The translations under genes were made by a program, and so were the position numbers. Under the pieces are notes generated by a model. The model did no database searches. It saw nothing but the letters and a program-made list of their open reading frames with translations, and had not been told where the DNA came from. Of a stretch of DNA of 35,726 nucleotides, positions 23,090 to 32,517 are shown piece after piece; positions within the stretch are counted from its first letter, which is position 1, and the number at the start of each line of letters is the position of its first letter. This DNA comes from a virus (taxonomy: Duplodnaviria; Caudoviricetes). The DNA is taken from positions 1 through 35,726 of the IMG/VR virus record IMGVR_UViG_3300048080_000345. The stretch is one strand, 5' to 3'.

Positions 23090-24201
23090 GGGCGGAGGAC
23101 GTCGTTCGCGAGCTCGCGAACCGATTGCCGCAGCGGTCGGGGGCCTTCACGACCAACGTGGAGATCCGAGCGGTCACGCGCGCGGGCACCACGATGACGG
23201 CGGAGTGCGAGGAGGAGCACGGCCTCGAGGCCGGCTCGGCGGTCGCGATCGTTGGGGCCGTGACCCCCCTGGCCGTCTCCGCCTTGACTCGGCTCGGGGC
23301 CGTGGGGACCGTGGAGACCACGAACCCCCACGACCTGACGGCCGCGGTCGCGACCACGATCGAGCTCGTCGGCGCCGTCGAGCCTTCTTTCGTCGGGACC
23401 TTCCAGGTCCTGCGCGTGGTGAACCGCCGGACGATCGAGTTCTCCATGGCGGACGCCGGTCCCCTGGTCGCGACCGGGACGATCGAGCTCCGCGGCGCGG
23501 CCTCCGCGCTCCAAAGCTACAACGGGACCTACGGGGTCCTGGACGCGCCGACCCCGACCAGCTTCCGGTTCACCCACCCGAAGGTGGGGCTCGCGAACCC
23601 GGTCGGGGAAATGCAGGCCCGCGCGCGCCCGCGAATCTCGAGCGGGGTCTCGCCGGACCGCGTGGCGCAGGCCTACACGGAGCAGAAGCTCAACGACCTC
23701 TGGCTCTTCGCGGTGCTCGCGGACGTCGAGGCCTCGAAGAGCCGGCTCATCAAGGCCGACGCGGTCGACAACCTCACGGCCTCGACGGAGTTCCGGCAGC
23801 AACTCGCGCAGAACTTCGCGCTCTACCTCTACATTCCGACGAGCGAGCAACTCACGGCGCGGGCCGCGCGCGACCTCTCCGAGGAGCTCTTCCGCCCGAT
23901 TTGCCAGTCGATCCTGTTCGCCCAGCTCGACTCGCTCCTGTACGTGGGCCGCCAGGGCCGGGTGCAGTTCGTTGGACACGGGTTCCACGGCTACAACTCG
24001 GCCGTCTACGTCCACTCCTTCGCCTTCCAGCAAGTGGTCGACCTCACGTTCGAGGACTCGACCGGGCCCGACCTCGACGTGGCGTTCCGAGACATCGACC
24101 TCGCGATGTTCCCCGTTCTGCCGGTCATCCCGGACGGCGCGGGGACCGAGGCGGTCAGCCTGGACGCGCACGTGGACCTGGACGAGGAGCCCGAGCCGTA
24201 G
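23086..24201 (+). CDS. Neck/tail terminator protein with inserted beta-domains
   Basis: Position before the sheath; unusually long (371 aa); two TR.G....T...H.L repeats. Confidence 0.65.
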   Translation: MRAEDVVRELANRLPQRSGAFTTNVEIRAVTRAGTTMTAECEEEHGLEAGSAVAIVGAVTPLAVSALTRLGAVGTVETTNPHDLTAAVATTIELVGAVEPSFVGTFQVLRVVNRRTIEFSMADAGPLVATGTIELRGAASALQSYNGTYGVLDAPTPTSFRFTHPKVGLANPVGEMQARARPRISSGVSPDRVAQAYTEQKLNDLWLFAVLADVEASKSRLIKADAVDNLTASTEFRQQLAQNFALYLYIPTSEQLTARAARDLSEELFRPICQSILFAQLDSLLYVGRQGRVQFVGHGFHGYNSAVYVHSFAFQQVVDLTFEDSTGPDLDVAFRDIDLAMFPVLPVIPDGAGTEAVSLDAHVDLDEEPEP

Positions 24202-24229
24202 TGGCGCCGGAGATTGTGAGGAGGCTAAC

Positions 24230-24472
24230 GTGCGGGGTATGATGTTCGTTCGAGTGAAGCGGGCCATCCCGGGCCGAGCGGTCGGGGACGTGGTCCGGAT
24301 CGAGACCGACGAGCGCGGGACCCCCCTCGAGCGGCACTGGCGCCGACGCCTGCGGGACTCCGCGGTCGACGGGTGCCTCGAGGTGGTCCCGGATCCGTCG
24401 GGCCCGGCGGCCGAGGAGGCCCCGGCGAAGGCGAAGAGCAGGCGGGCGGACCCCGCCCCCGAAAAGGAGTAG
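24230..24472 (+). CDS. Small pre-sheath protein (Mu gp38/DUF2635-like)
   Basis: HWRRRLRD motif; GAGGAGG SD; immediately before the sheath. Confidence 0.65.
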   Translation: MRGMMFVRVKRAIPGRAVGDVVRIETDERGTPLERHWRRRLRDSAVDGCLEVVPDPSGPAAEEAPAKAKSRRADPAPEKE

Positions 24473-24478
24473 CGCGAG

Positions 24479-26038
24479 ATGAGCGGTAGCCAGGTCCTCC
24501 TCCCGTCGGTGACCCTGATCCTCCAGAACGCCGACGGCGAGGTCGAGAACACCCCCCAGCGGGTTCTGCTCATCGGGCAGAAGCTCGCCGGCGGAAGCGC
24601 GGTCTCCGGGTCCCTGGTCCAGAACATCGAAAGCTCGGGCGCCCCCGAGAACGCCCTCTTCGGCCAGAGCTCCCAGCTGGCCGCGATGGTCCGGGCCTTC
24701 AAGAGGCTCAACCCGATCGTTCGCCTCGACGCGATCCCCGTCTCGGACGCGGGCGGCGGCGTCGCGCGCGTGGTCACCTTCACGGTCGTAGGCCCGGCCA
24801 CGGCCGCGGGCTCGATCACGGTCGTAGCCGGCTCGGAGCTCCTCCACAAGTTCGAGGTCGCGTTCGCGAGCGGCGACACGGCGACGGTGATCGCCGGGAA
24901 CATCGTCGCGGCCGTCAACGCCGACCTGGACTGTCCCTTCACCGCCTCGAACATCGCGGGCGCGGTCTCGCTCACGGCCGACAACCTCGGAACCGTGGCG
25001 AACACCCTCGGCGTGGAGGTCTCGGACATCACCGTCGGCGCCGGCGTCTCGGTCGCCGCCGTGACCCAGTCGGTCGCGGGCGCCACGGATCCCACCCTGA
25101 CGACGGTCTTCGACAACGCGACGGAGCGGTACCAGGGGGTCGTCTGGCCGTACTCGGTCGTCACGGTCCTGGCCTCGTTCCTGTCCCCGCGGTTCAACCC
25201 GACGAACGCGGTCATGGATGGCGTGGGGTTCGTCACGCGCCAGGACACGTTCGCGAACCTGCTCTCGGGGCTCAACGCCCTCAACGACCACAACCTGGTC
25301 ATCTTCGTGGACGAGCAGACGACCGAGACCCTCTACCTGGGGCCCGCGCAGAACGAGGCCTCGTACGCGAAGTCGGCGATGTTCGCCGCCCTGCGGTCCC
25401 TCCGCCTCACGGAGGACGCGAACATCTCGCGCTTCCTCACGAGCTCCGCGTCGCTCGACCAGTTCGGCGGGCCGGCCCTCGCATCGCTCCCGTACTTCAA
25501 CTCGCCGCTCGAGGACCTGCCCCTCATCAAGGCCGGGCGGGGGTGGACCCAGGTCGAGATCGGGTCGCTCGTGGCGGCCGGCGGCTCCATCATGGGGGTC
25601 AACTTCACCGGGACCGGCGCGCTGGTCGGCGAGGTGGTGACCACCTACAAGACGGACCCGGCGGCGAACCCGGACGCGACGTTCAAGTACCTGAACTACG
25701 TGGACACCTCGAGCCAGGCTCGGGAGTATTTCCACAACAACCTGAAGAACCGCTTCGCGCAGTCCCGCCTCACGGAGGGCGCGGTCACGCGCGGCCGCGA
25801 CATGGCGAACGCGACGGTGATCCGGGCGTACCTCGAGAAGCTCTACCTGGACCTGGCCGGCGCCGAGTTCGTCCTGGTGCAGGACGGCGAGACCGCCATC
25901 CGGTTCTTCAAGGGGAACGTGGACGTGACCCTGGACCTCGAGGACGGGCAGGTGACCGTGTCGATGCTCGTCCCGATCGTGACTCAACTTCGCCTGATCG
26001 TCGCAACGATGAAGATCGCCTTCTCGGTCGAGAGCTAG
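24479..26038 (+). CDS. Tail sheath protein (Mu gpL-like)
   Basis: QRVLLIGQ, LFGQSSQLAAMVRAF, VTTYKTDPAANPD; 519 aa. Confidence 0.93.
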   Translation: MSGSQVLLPSVTLILQNADGEVENTPQRVLLIGQKLAGGSAVSGSLVQNIESSGAPENALFGQSSQLAAMVRAFKRLNPIVRLDAIPVSDAGGGVARVVTFTVVGPATAAGSITVVAGSELLHKFEVAFASGDTATVIAGNIVAAVNADLDCPFTASNIAGAVSLTADNLGTVANTLGVEVSDITVGAGVSVAAVTQSVAGATDPTLTTVFDNATERYQGVVWPYSVVTVLASFLSPRFNPTNAVMDGVGFVTRQDTFANLLSGLNALNDHNLVIFVDEQTTETLYLGPAQNEASYAKSAMFAALRSLRLTEDANISRFLTSSASLDQFGGPALASLPYFNSPLEDLPLIKAGRGWTQVEIGSLVAAGGSIMGVNFTGTGALVGEVVTTYKTDPAANPDATFKYLNYVDTSSQAREYFHNNLKNRFAQSRLTEGAVTRGRDMANATVIRAYLEKLYLDLAGAEFVLVQDGETAIRFFKGNVDVTLDLEDGQVTVSMLVPIVTQLRLIVATMKIAFSVES

Positions 26039-26054
26039 GCGGGGAGAACTTGAA

Positions 26055-26444
26055 ATGATCCAGCTGACCGACGCCACCGTTCTCGTGAACAACGAGGCCA
26101 TCGGAATCATGCCGAACTCGCTCGCCTTCAACGAGGGCCTGGGCGAGCAGAAGGTTCGATCGGTCTCGATCGGAAACGGGAAGACCGAGACGGTCTATTC
26201 TCGGGACCTCGAGACCAACCTGGGGATGGTGAAGTTCGAGCTCCCGGTCACCCCGCAGACGATCGAGCTCCTGCGCGCGTGGAAGAGCAACGCGAACCAG
26301 AACGTCGTTCAGATCGCCGGGTCCACGCCCGAGGGCGACGTGACCCGAACCTTCTCGAGCGCCGCGCTCGTGACGGACTACGAGGTCGGCGTCGGGTCCG
26401 AGACCACCATCGAGGCGGAGTTCCGAGGGAACGCCCCGATCTAA
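26055..26444 (+). CDS. Tail tube protein
   Basis: 129 aa beta-rich, directly after the sheath, ends IEAEFRG. Confidence 0.85.
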   Translation: MIQLTDATVLVNNEAIGIMPNSLAFNEGLGEQKVRSVSIGNGKTETVYSRDLETNLGMVKFELPVTPQTIELLRAWKSNANQNVVQIAGSTPEGDVTRTFSSAALVTDYEVGVGSETTIEAEFRGNAPI

Positions 26445-26471
26445 CCCACGCCCTCGGAGAGGACCCACGAC

Positions 26472-26921
26472 TTGTCGGAGAAGCTCAAGACCGAGGCCAA
26501 CTTCAACCTGACCACCCCGTTCGAGTACGCCCACAAGGGGCAGGCCGCGACCGCGTCGTTCATCCAGCTCTCCGCGCCGACGGCGCGGAACTCGCCGGAG
26601 TGCTCGGCCCTGAAGCAGGCCTTCTTCCGCGCGGCCAAGGCGTCCGGCGCCACGACCAAGGAATCGGAGGAGGTGACCACGCCCACCGGGGCGGAGGTCA
26701 TCATGGCCCTGGCCATGTCCCAGGACGTCGACCTCCCCGAGGTCCTCGTCGTGGGCCGCCGCCTCCTGACCTCGGGGATCGCGCTCGTCGACGGGGAGGA
26801 GAAGCTCACCGCCGCCCTGCTCGACAAGATGAGCGACGAGGATTTCCAGAACCTCCTCGGGGAGTTTCTCGTCGCTTTTTGCCTTGCCTCGGTCCTCTCG
26901 AAGACCGCGAGAAGCTCCTAA
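26472..26921 (+). CDS. Tail assembly chaperone (G)
   Basis: Between tube and TMP; LDKMSDEDFQNL..AF ending typical of chaperones. Confidence 0.8.
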   Translation: MSEKLKTEANFNLTTPFEYAHKGQAATASFIQLSAPTARNSPECSALKQAFFRAAKASGATTKESEEVTTPTGAEVIMALAMSQDVDLPEVLVVGRRLLTSGIALVDGEEKLTAALLDKMSDEDFQNLLGEFLVAFCLASVLSKTARSS

Positions 26922-27085
26922 GGGGGATCATCGACCTCGCCCTCGCTCTCGAGGGCGCGGTATCCTACCGAGAGCTCATGGAGACGCCGGTCCCCGAGCT
27001 CCTCGACCTGCAAGAGCAGGGACGGCGGATCGTCGAGAGATCGAGGCGCGCGGCGGCGAGGGCGAAGGCGAGGGCGGGAAGGTAG
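26472..27085 (+). CDS. Tail assembly chaperone -1 frameshift product (GT, ~204 aa)
   Basis: GCT TTT TGC slip site 26874-26882; -1 frame encodes LLRGIIDLALALEGAVSYRELMETPVPELLDL to TAG 27085. Confidence 0.7.
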
Positions 27086-27089
27086 GGCG

Positions 27090-28679
27090 ATGGCTCAGCG
27101 CGTTTCCTATACCTTCTTCGCGGTCGACAAGTTCTCCGCGATCGCGCGCCGAATCTCGGCGTCTACCGAGGCCGTTCGCGGCAAGATGCGCGCCCTCGAC
27201 GCGCAGCTGAAGAAGGTCGACAAGTCCGCCTCCGTGGCCCTCGGGAAGAAGCTCCGGGGCGTGTCCCTCGCCGCCGGCGTGGCGGCGGGCGCCAGCGTCA
27301 AGGCGTTCGGGGACCTCGAGGCCGGGGTCGTCAACGTCCTGACCCTGCTCGAGGACGACAAGGCGGTCGAGAAGTACCGGGGCCGGATCAAGGGCCTGAT
27401 CGAGAGCACCGTCGCGGAGGGGTTCTCGATCGAGGACGCCTCGGCCGCGGTCTTCGACAACGTCAAGGCCCTGGGGGCCAGCGAGAAGAGCTTCGGCGCC
27501 TACACGGCCGCCCTGGACCTCGCGCGCGCGACGAACACGGACATCAACGCCTCGGTCGGCGGGGTGTCCGCCGTCATGAAGGCGTACGGCCTCGAGGCGA
27601 CCGACGCTACCCGGGTGACGGACGCCTTCGTGGTGGCGCAGCGCCGCGGGATTCGAGTCGGCGACATGGCGGAGAACGTCGCGAAGATCGCGCCCCTCGC
27701 CAAGCAGGCCGGGATCGGATTCGAGGAGCTCTTCGCCACCACCGCGCAGCTGACCAAGAAGGGGATGGACCCCGCCGGCGCGGCCCAGGCCGTCAAGGCC
27801 GCGATCGTCGCCCTGGTCAAGCCGGGCAAGACCGCGGAGAAGATGTTCCGGGCGCTCGGCATCCCGGTCGGCGTGGCCGAGCTCCGCTCCGCCGGCCTGG
27901 CGGCGACCCTGTCCAAGCTCGCGGTCGTCGGGCAGAAGTACCCCGACATCATGGACCAGCTGATCCCTAACGTCCGGGCCCTCACGGCCGCGGCGGCGCT
28001 CGGCGGGCCCGAGCTCGCGGCGATCCAGAAGACGATCGTCGAGATGAACACCGCCGCCACCACCGGCGCCGGCGTGGTCGGCGCGCTCGAGAAGCAGGAG
28101 GCCACGTTCAACGACACGCTCGGCGACACGATCGGGGAGGTCAAGATCCTGGCGTCCATGATTGGAGAGGGACTCGCGCCCGTCATCAAGGTGGTGGGCT
28201 TCGTGGTCCACGCCCTGGTGGTGGGCCTGCGCGCGCTCGGGCCCGTGGCGTCGAAGATCCTCGGCGGGCTGCTCGGGGCCGTCGCGATCGCGGCGCCCGT
28301 TCTACTGTTCTTCGGGAAGTTTCTCCTCGTGATGGGCGCGATCGGCGGGGCGATCGTCGGCGCCCTCTCCGCGCCCATCGCCTTCATCGCGGTCCTCATC
28401 GCGGCCTTCGTGGCGGCCGTCGCGGTGGTGGTCGCGAACGTCGACTCCGTGACCGACAAGGCGGTCAAGGTGAAGAACGCGGTCTCCGGGTTCTTCGGGT
28501 TCGGCGCGGGCGCGAAGGAGGTCGACGCGAGCTTCATCGGCGACGTCATGCAACGCAACCAGACCGACATCAACGTGAACCTGAACGCGCCCAAGGGCGC
28601 CATCAGCTCCGTGAAGACCCAGACCACGGGCGACACCTCGGGGTTGAACGTCGGCGTGAACATGGCGGGCGCGTTTTGA
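27090..28679 (+). CDS. Tape measure protein (TP901-like core)
   Basis: AVDKFS start, Ala-rich helical core, hydrophobic C-terminal block; position. Confidence 0.93.
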   Translation: MAQRVSYTFFAVDKFSAIARRISASTEAVRGKMRALDAQLKKVDKSASVALGKKLRGVSLAAGVAAGASVKAFGDLEAGVVNVLTLLEDDKAVEKYRGRIKGLIESTVAEGFSIEDASAAVFDNVKALGASEKSFGAYTAALDLARATNTDINASVGGVSAVMKAYGLEATDATRVTDAFVVAQRRGIRVGDMAENVAKIAPLAKQAGIGFEELFATTAQLTKKGMDPAGAAQAVKAAIVALVKPGKTAEKMFRALGIPVGVAELRSAGLAATLSKLAVVGQKYPDIMDQLIPNVRALTAAAALGGPELAAIQKTIVEMNTAATTGAGVVGALEKQEATFNDTLGDTIGEVKILASMIGEGLAPVIKVVGFVVHALVVGLRALGPVASKILGGLLGAVAIAAPVLLFFGKFLLVMGAIGGAIVGALSAPIAFIAVLIAAFVAAVAVVVANVDSVTDKAVKVKNAVSGFFGFGAGAKEVDASFIGDVMQRNQTDINVNLNAPKGAISSVKTQTTGDTSGLNVGVNMAGAF

Positions 28680-29026
28680 CCAAGCACCTCGGAAAGCGAC
28701 GGGCGCAGAATCGCGAGCGAGCGCGGAGGTGGGCGCGAGAGCATCGTAACGACCCGCGCATGGTCGAGTACGTGGAGAAGTTCACCGCGGAGCGGAAGGA
28801 CCTAATCCGTGCGCTCAAGGATCGGCCTTGCTTCGATTGCGGGGAACAATTTCATTTCATGGCGATGGAGTTCGACCACGTCCGCGGGGAAAAGCTCCAC
28901 GAGGTAGGCCGGATGGTCTACCGCTCGCTCGGGGCGATCGTGGCCGAGGCCGCGAAGTGCGACGTCGTTTGCGCGAATTGCCATCGGGTTCGGACCTGGA
29001 AGCGAGCCGGCGAGGAGGCGGAATAA
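28676..29026 (+). CDS. HNH endonuclease
   Basis: CFDCG..MEFDHV..KCDVVCANCHRVRT. Confidence 0.9.
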   Translation: MTKHLGKRRAQNRERARRWAREHRNDPRMVEYVEKFTAERKDLIRALKDRPCFDCGEQFHFMAMEFDHVRGEKLHEVGRMVYRSLGAIVAEAAKCDVVCANCHRVRTWKRAGEEAE

Positions 29027-30241
29027 GTGGAACCCCAGGACCTCCAGCCCGCGTCCTACCGAGGCGTCCCCTTCTTCGTCGAGTCGACCTCGACGTCGGG
29101 CGGCCGCAAGACGGCGACGAAGGTCTTCGTGAACTCCGACCTCCAGGTCGTGGAGGACCTCGGCAAGCGCCAGCGAGACTTCACCGTCTCCGGGATCGTG
29201 GCCGCGCGGCGAAACAACTCCGGCGAGGTGGTCCGCACGTACCAGGAGGTCCGCGACGCCCTCCTCGTCGCCCTCGAGAAGGGCGGCCCCGGGATCCTCG
29301 TTCATCCGTTCTACGGCCGCCTCGAGAACGTGGTCGTCCTCAACTTCAGCCTGACGGAGGACACGTCGAAGCTGGGCGATTCCCCGCTCGAGGTCCACTT
29401 CGCGATCTCGAACGCGGACGGCCTGCCGCAGCCGACCGAGAGCGTCCTCGGCTCCGTGGTCTCCGGCTCGGAGGCCCTCTCCGCCGCCGCCGGCGCGGCG
29501 ATCGCGGGGAACTTCTCCGTGACCCAGAAGTTCACCGGGAACTTCTCCGCCGCGGTGGAGAAGGTCTCGGACTTCGCGGACGCGGTCCGCCGGGCCGCCA
29601 CCACCACGGCCGCCGACGAGGCCGAGCTCGACGCCTTCAACCGGCTCCTGGGATCCTTCGATGGGAGCGCCGTATCGCTCGCGAGCGACCCCACCTCCCT
29701 GGGGTCCTCCACGGTGGGGCTCGTCGCCTCCCTCTCGGGCCTGTATTCCTCGAAGAGGGACACCTTCGCGACCCTCGCCCGGCTGTTCTCCTTCGGCGAC
29801 GGGGACGTCGGGATCCCGACGACCACGGCCGGCCGGATCGAGCGGAAGCGGAACCGGGACACCTACAACGGGGCAACCCAGGCGATGGCCCTCGCGGGCG
29901 CGTACGAGGCCGCGGCGCAGATCGACTTCGCCACGACCGACGACGTCGACGCCACGTCCGCGGCCCTCGAGGACCAATACCAGAAGCTCTCCGCCTCCGG
30001 GAACCTGGACAACCCCACCCGGGAGGAGCTCGATCGCCTGCGCGTGGCGGCGAACGCCTTCTTCGATGCCCAGCGCGTCCTCGAGCCCCGGATCGTCACG
30101 GTCCGGGTGGACCAGACGTCCTCGCGCCTGCTCGCGTACCGCTACTACGGGTCGTCGGAGCTCGGCGACGAGATCGCGCGCCTGAACTCCCTTCGCGACT
30201 CGGCGATCGTCGAGGGCGAAGTCAAGGTCCTCTCGGCGTGA
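29027..30241 (+). CDS. Mu gpN-like 'DNA circularisation' tail/baseplate protein
   Basis: LQPASYRGVPFFV..VEDLG..GPGILVHPFYG; C-terminal LAYRYYG..IARLN. Confidence 0.93.
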   Translation: MEPQDLQPASYRGVPFFVESTSTSGGRKTATKVFVNSDLQVVEDLGKRQRDFTVSGIVAARRNNSGEVVRTYQEVRDALLVALEKGGPGILVHPFYGRLENVVVLNFSLTEDTSKLGDSPLEVHFAISNADGLPQPTESVLGSVVSGSEALSAAAGAAIAGNFSVTQKFTGNFSAAVEKVSDFADAVRRAATTTAADEAELDAFNRLLGSFDGSAVSLASDPTSLGSSTVGLVASLSGLYSSKRDTFATLARLFSFGDGDVGIPTTTAGRIERKRNRDTYNGATQAMALAGAYEAAAQIDFATTDDVDATSAALEDQYQKLSASGNLDNPTREELDRLRVAANAFFDAQRVLEPRIVTVRVDQTSSRLLAYRYYGSSELGDEIARLNSLRDSAIVEGEVKVLSA

Positions 30242-31365
30242 GCCTGGCTATCGAAGTCTCCGGGGTCCGATACGAGGGGTTCGTCTCCGCGAAGGTGGAG
30301 GCGAGGATGGACGCCCTCTCGCGGTCGTTCGAGTTCGAGGCGACGTCCGACAAGGGTCGGCCCCTCCCGATCCGCGGCGGCGAGGCCTGCCGGATCTACG
30401 CGGACGGGGACCTGGTCCTCACGGGCTTCGTGGAGGTGGTCGACGCGTCCGGGTCGGCCGAGGACCACGCCATCTCGATCAAGGGAAGGGACCGCGCCGC
30501 CGACCTGGTGGACTCGACGCTCGGGATCCTCTCCGACATTCGCCCCCCGATCGACCTCAAGACCATCATCCGGCGCGTTCTCAAGCACCTCGACCTCGGG
30601 CTCTCGGTCGTCGACCAGGCCAGCCCCGAGAAGTACAACGAGGCCGAGGACCTCGCGGCGCCGGAGCCCGGGAAGCCGGCGTTCGAGTTTCTCGAGGCCC
30701 TCTCGCGCAAGCGCCAAGTCCTCCTGACCTCGAACGAGGACGGGAACGTGGTCATCGCGAAGCCGTCCGGGACCAAGACCGGCGCGAGCATCCTCCATCG
30801 GGTCAAGAGCAACGAGAACAACGTCCTCTCCTACTCCGTGAGCTACGACGCGACGGGCCGGTTCCGGGTCTACAAGACCCTGAGCCAGCTGAACGTGGTC
30901 CCGCTTCTGCTCGCCGGCGGGGTGGACCTCGGCTCGATCGTGAGCCAGGGCGAAACGAAGACCGTGGTCGACTCCTCGATCCGGCGCGGCCGGCAGCTGG
31001 TGAACTCCTCGGAGTCGATGTTCTCCGCGGCGGAGGGCGAGAAGCGGTCGAGGTGGGAGGCGAACGTCCGCCGCGCGCGCGGGCGCGTGTACTCCGCCAC
31101 CATGGACGGGTTCCGAGACCAGTTCGGGGTCCTCTGGCGCCCGAACACCCGGGTCCGCGTGCTCGACGATTACGCCGGGATCGACGGGGAGATGCTGGTC
31201 AACTCGGTAACCTACTCCGTGTCCGAGCAGGGGAGCACGTCCACCCTGGCGATGGTGGAGCGAGACGCGTACACCCTCGCGGTGCAGGAGCCGAAGGAGC
31301 CCGAGCTCGGGTTCGGCCTCGTGGCCGAGGACGTCCCCGCCACCGGGGCGGAGGGCGACGAGTGA
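30238..31365 (+). CDS. Baseplate hub, Mu gpP/gp44-like
   Basis: YEGF..LTGFVE..ISIKGRDRAADLVDS..LWRPNTRVRV; GTGA overlap. Confidence 0.92.
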   Translation: MSLAIEVSGVRYEGFVSAKVEARMDALSRSFEFEATSDKGRPLPIRGGEACRIYADGDLVLTGFVEVVDASGSAEDHAISIKGRDRAADLVDSTLGILSDIRPPIDLKTIIRRVLKHLDLGLSVVDQASPEKYNEAEDLAAPEPGKPAFEFLEALSRKRQVLLTSNEDGNVVIAKPSGTKTGASILHRVKSNENNVLSYSVSYDATGRFRVYKTLSQLNVVPLLLAGGVDLGSIVSQGETKTVVDSSIRRGRQLVNSSESMFSAAEGEKRSRWEANVRRARGRVYSATMDGFRDQFGVLWRPNTRVRVLDDYAGIDGEMLVNSVTYSVSEQGSTSTLAMVERDAYTLAVQEPKEPELGFGLVAEDVPATGAEGDE

Positions 31366-32054
31366 GGTCGGGGTCCGGAAAAGACCTGGTCGCGCGCGCG
31401 ATCAAGAACGTCATTCGGTGGGCCCTCACGAGCCGCGACGGGGACGACGCCGGGGACTTCCCCGCGGTCCAGGTCGGGTACCTCGGCAAGGTCGGGGACG
31501 CGGTCGCGTGGTACCCCTACGGCCTCCACGCGAACGTCCCCGCCGGCGAGCTCGCGGTCATCCTGTCCATGCAAGGGAACCCCGAGGCCCGGGTGGCCCT
31601 GCCGGGCTCCCCGAAGAGCCGGCCCCACCCGATCGCCGCCGGCGAGGTGGTCCTGTACCACCCGGCGACTGGCTCGAGGATCCACCTCAAGGCGAACGGC
31701 GACGTCGTGATCGACGCCGTCGGCGACCTCCTCGCGACGGTCGCCGGAGACGCCTCGGTCGTGGTGGCCGGGAACATCGACGTCGACGCGGTCGGGAACG
31801 TGTCCGTCTCGGCCGGCGGAAACGCGAGCGTCGACGCGGCCGGGAACGCCGCCGTCTCGGCCGGGGTCCTCGCCTCGATCGACGCCCCGCAAATTCAAGC
31901 CGCGCTCGGCGCTACCCTCAAGCTACTGAACGAGGTCGCGATGGCGAAGTACAACGCTCACATTCACACGGTCCCGGGAAATCCGAACACGAGCGTCCCG
32001 ACCGTTTCTATGGTCGCGGACGTGGACACGACGACGAAACTGCGGGGAAGCTAG
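31362..32054 (+). CDS. Baseplate spike, Mu gp45-like
   Basis: YPYGL..GEVVLY..IHLKANG, beta-helix repeats, C-terminal HIH metal-binding tip. Confidence 0.9.
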   Translation: MRSGSGKDLVARAIKNVIRWALTSRDGDDAGDFPAVQVGYLGKVGDAVAWYPYGLHANVPAGELAVILSMQGNPEARVALPGSPKSRPHPIAAGEVVLYHPATGSRIHLKANGDVVIDAVGDLLATVAGDASVVVAGNIDVDAVGNVSVSAGGNASVDAAGNAAVSAGVLASIDAPQIQAALGATLKLLNEVAMAKYNAHIHTVPGNPNTSVPTVSMVADVDTTTKLRGS

Positions 32055-32058
32055 GGCC

Positions 32059-32517
32059 ATGCGGGGGATCGACGCGACCCTGGACCAACTCGAGGGCGGG
32101 GCCTTCGACATTCGGATCGGCTTCGACGGCGACATCGAGACCGAGGACTTCTTCGACACGGCGGTCGTCGTCTCCCTGTTCGCGGACCGCCGGGCCAACG
32201 AGTCCGAGGTCCCGGAGTCGAGTCGGCGGCGGGGGTGGATCGGCAACGAGTACACCCCCGGCTTCGAGATGGGGTCGAAGCTCTGGATCTTCGAGCAGTC
32301 CCGGCTCACCCGAACGGTGATGACCCAGGTCGAGGACGCGGCCCGCGCCGCGCTACAATGGCTCGTCGACCAAGGCTACGCCGTGGCGATCACGGAGGTC
32401 AGGGCCCGGCCCTTCGGGGACGGGGGCCTGGCGCTCGAGCTCGAGATCCAGCGGTCCCCCTCGGTCACCGCGCGCCGGTACTTTGAACTCTGGCAGAAGA
32501 CGGGAGTCGCCGGATAG
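32059..32517 (+). CDS. Mu gp46-like baseplate protein
   Basis: AVVVSLFADRRA..RRGWIG..GSKLW..ALQWLVDQG. Confidence 0.93.
   Translation: MRGIDATLDQLEGGAFDIRIGFDGDIETEDFFDTAVVVSLFADRRANESEVPESSRRRGWIGNEYTPGFEMGSKLWIFEQSRLTRTVMTQVEDAARAALQWLVDQGYAVAITEVRARPFGDGGLALELEIQRSPSVTARRYFELWQKTGVAG

Noticed and set aside
13060-25302. Very long antisense or alternate-frame ORFs (13060-15123, 15255-17696, 17593-19962, 22906-25302, and the 5' part of 13116-16238)
   Set aside because: Mirror frames of GC3-biased real genes; low complexity and no family motifs
10597-32517. Genome-wide TAG recoding (alternative genetic code)
   Set aside because: TAG codons fall at recognised protein-family boundaries, and more than half of the TAG junctions I checked are out of frame with the next gene
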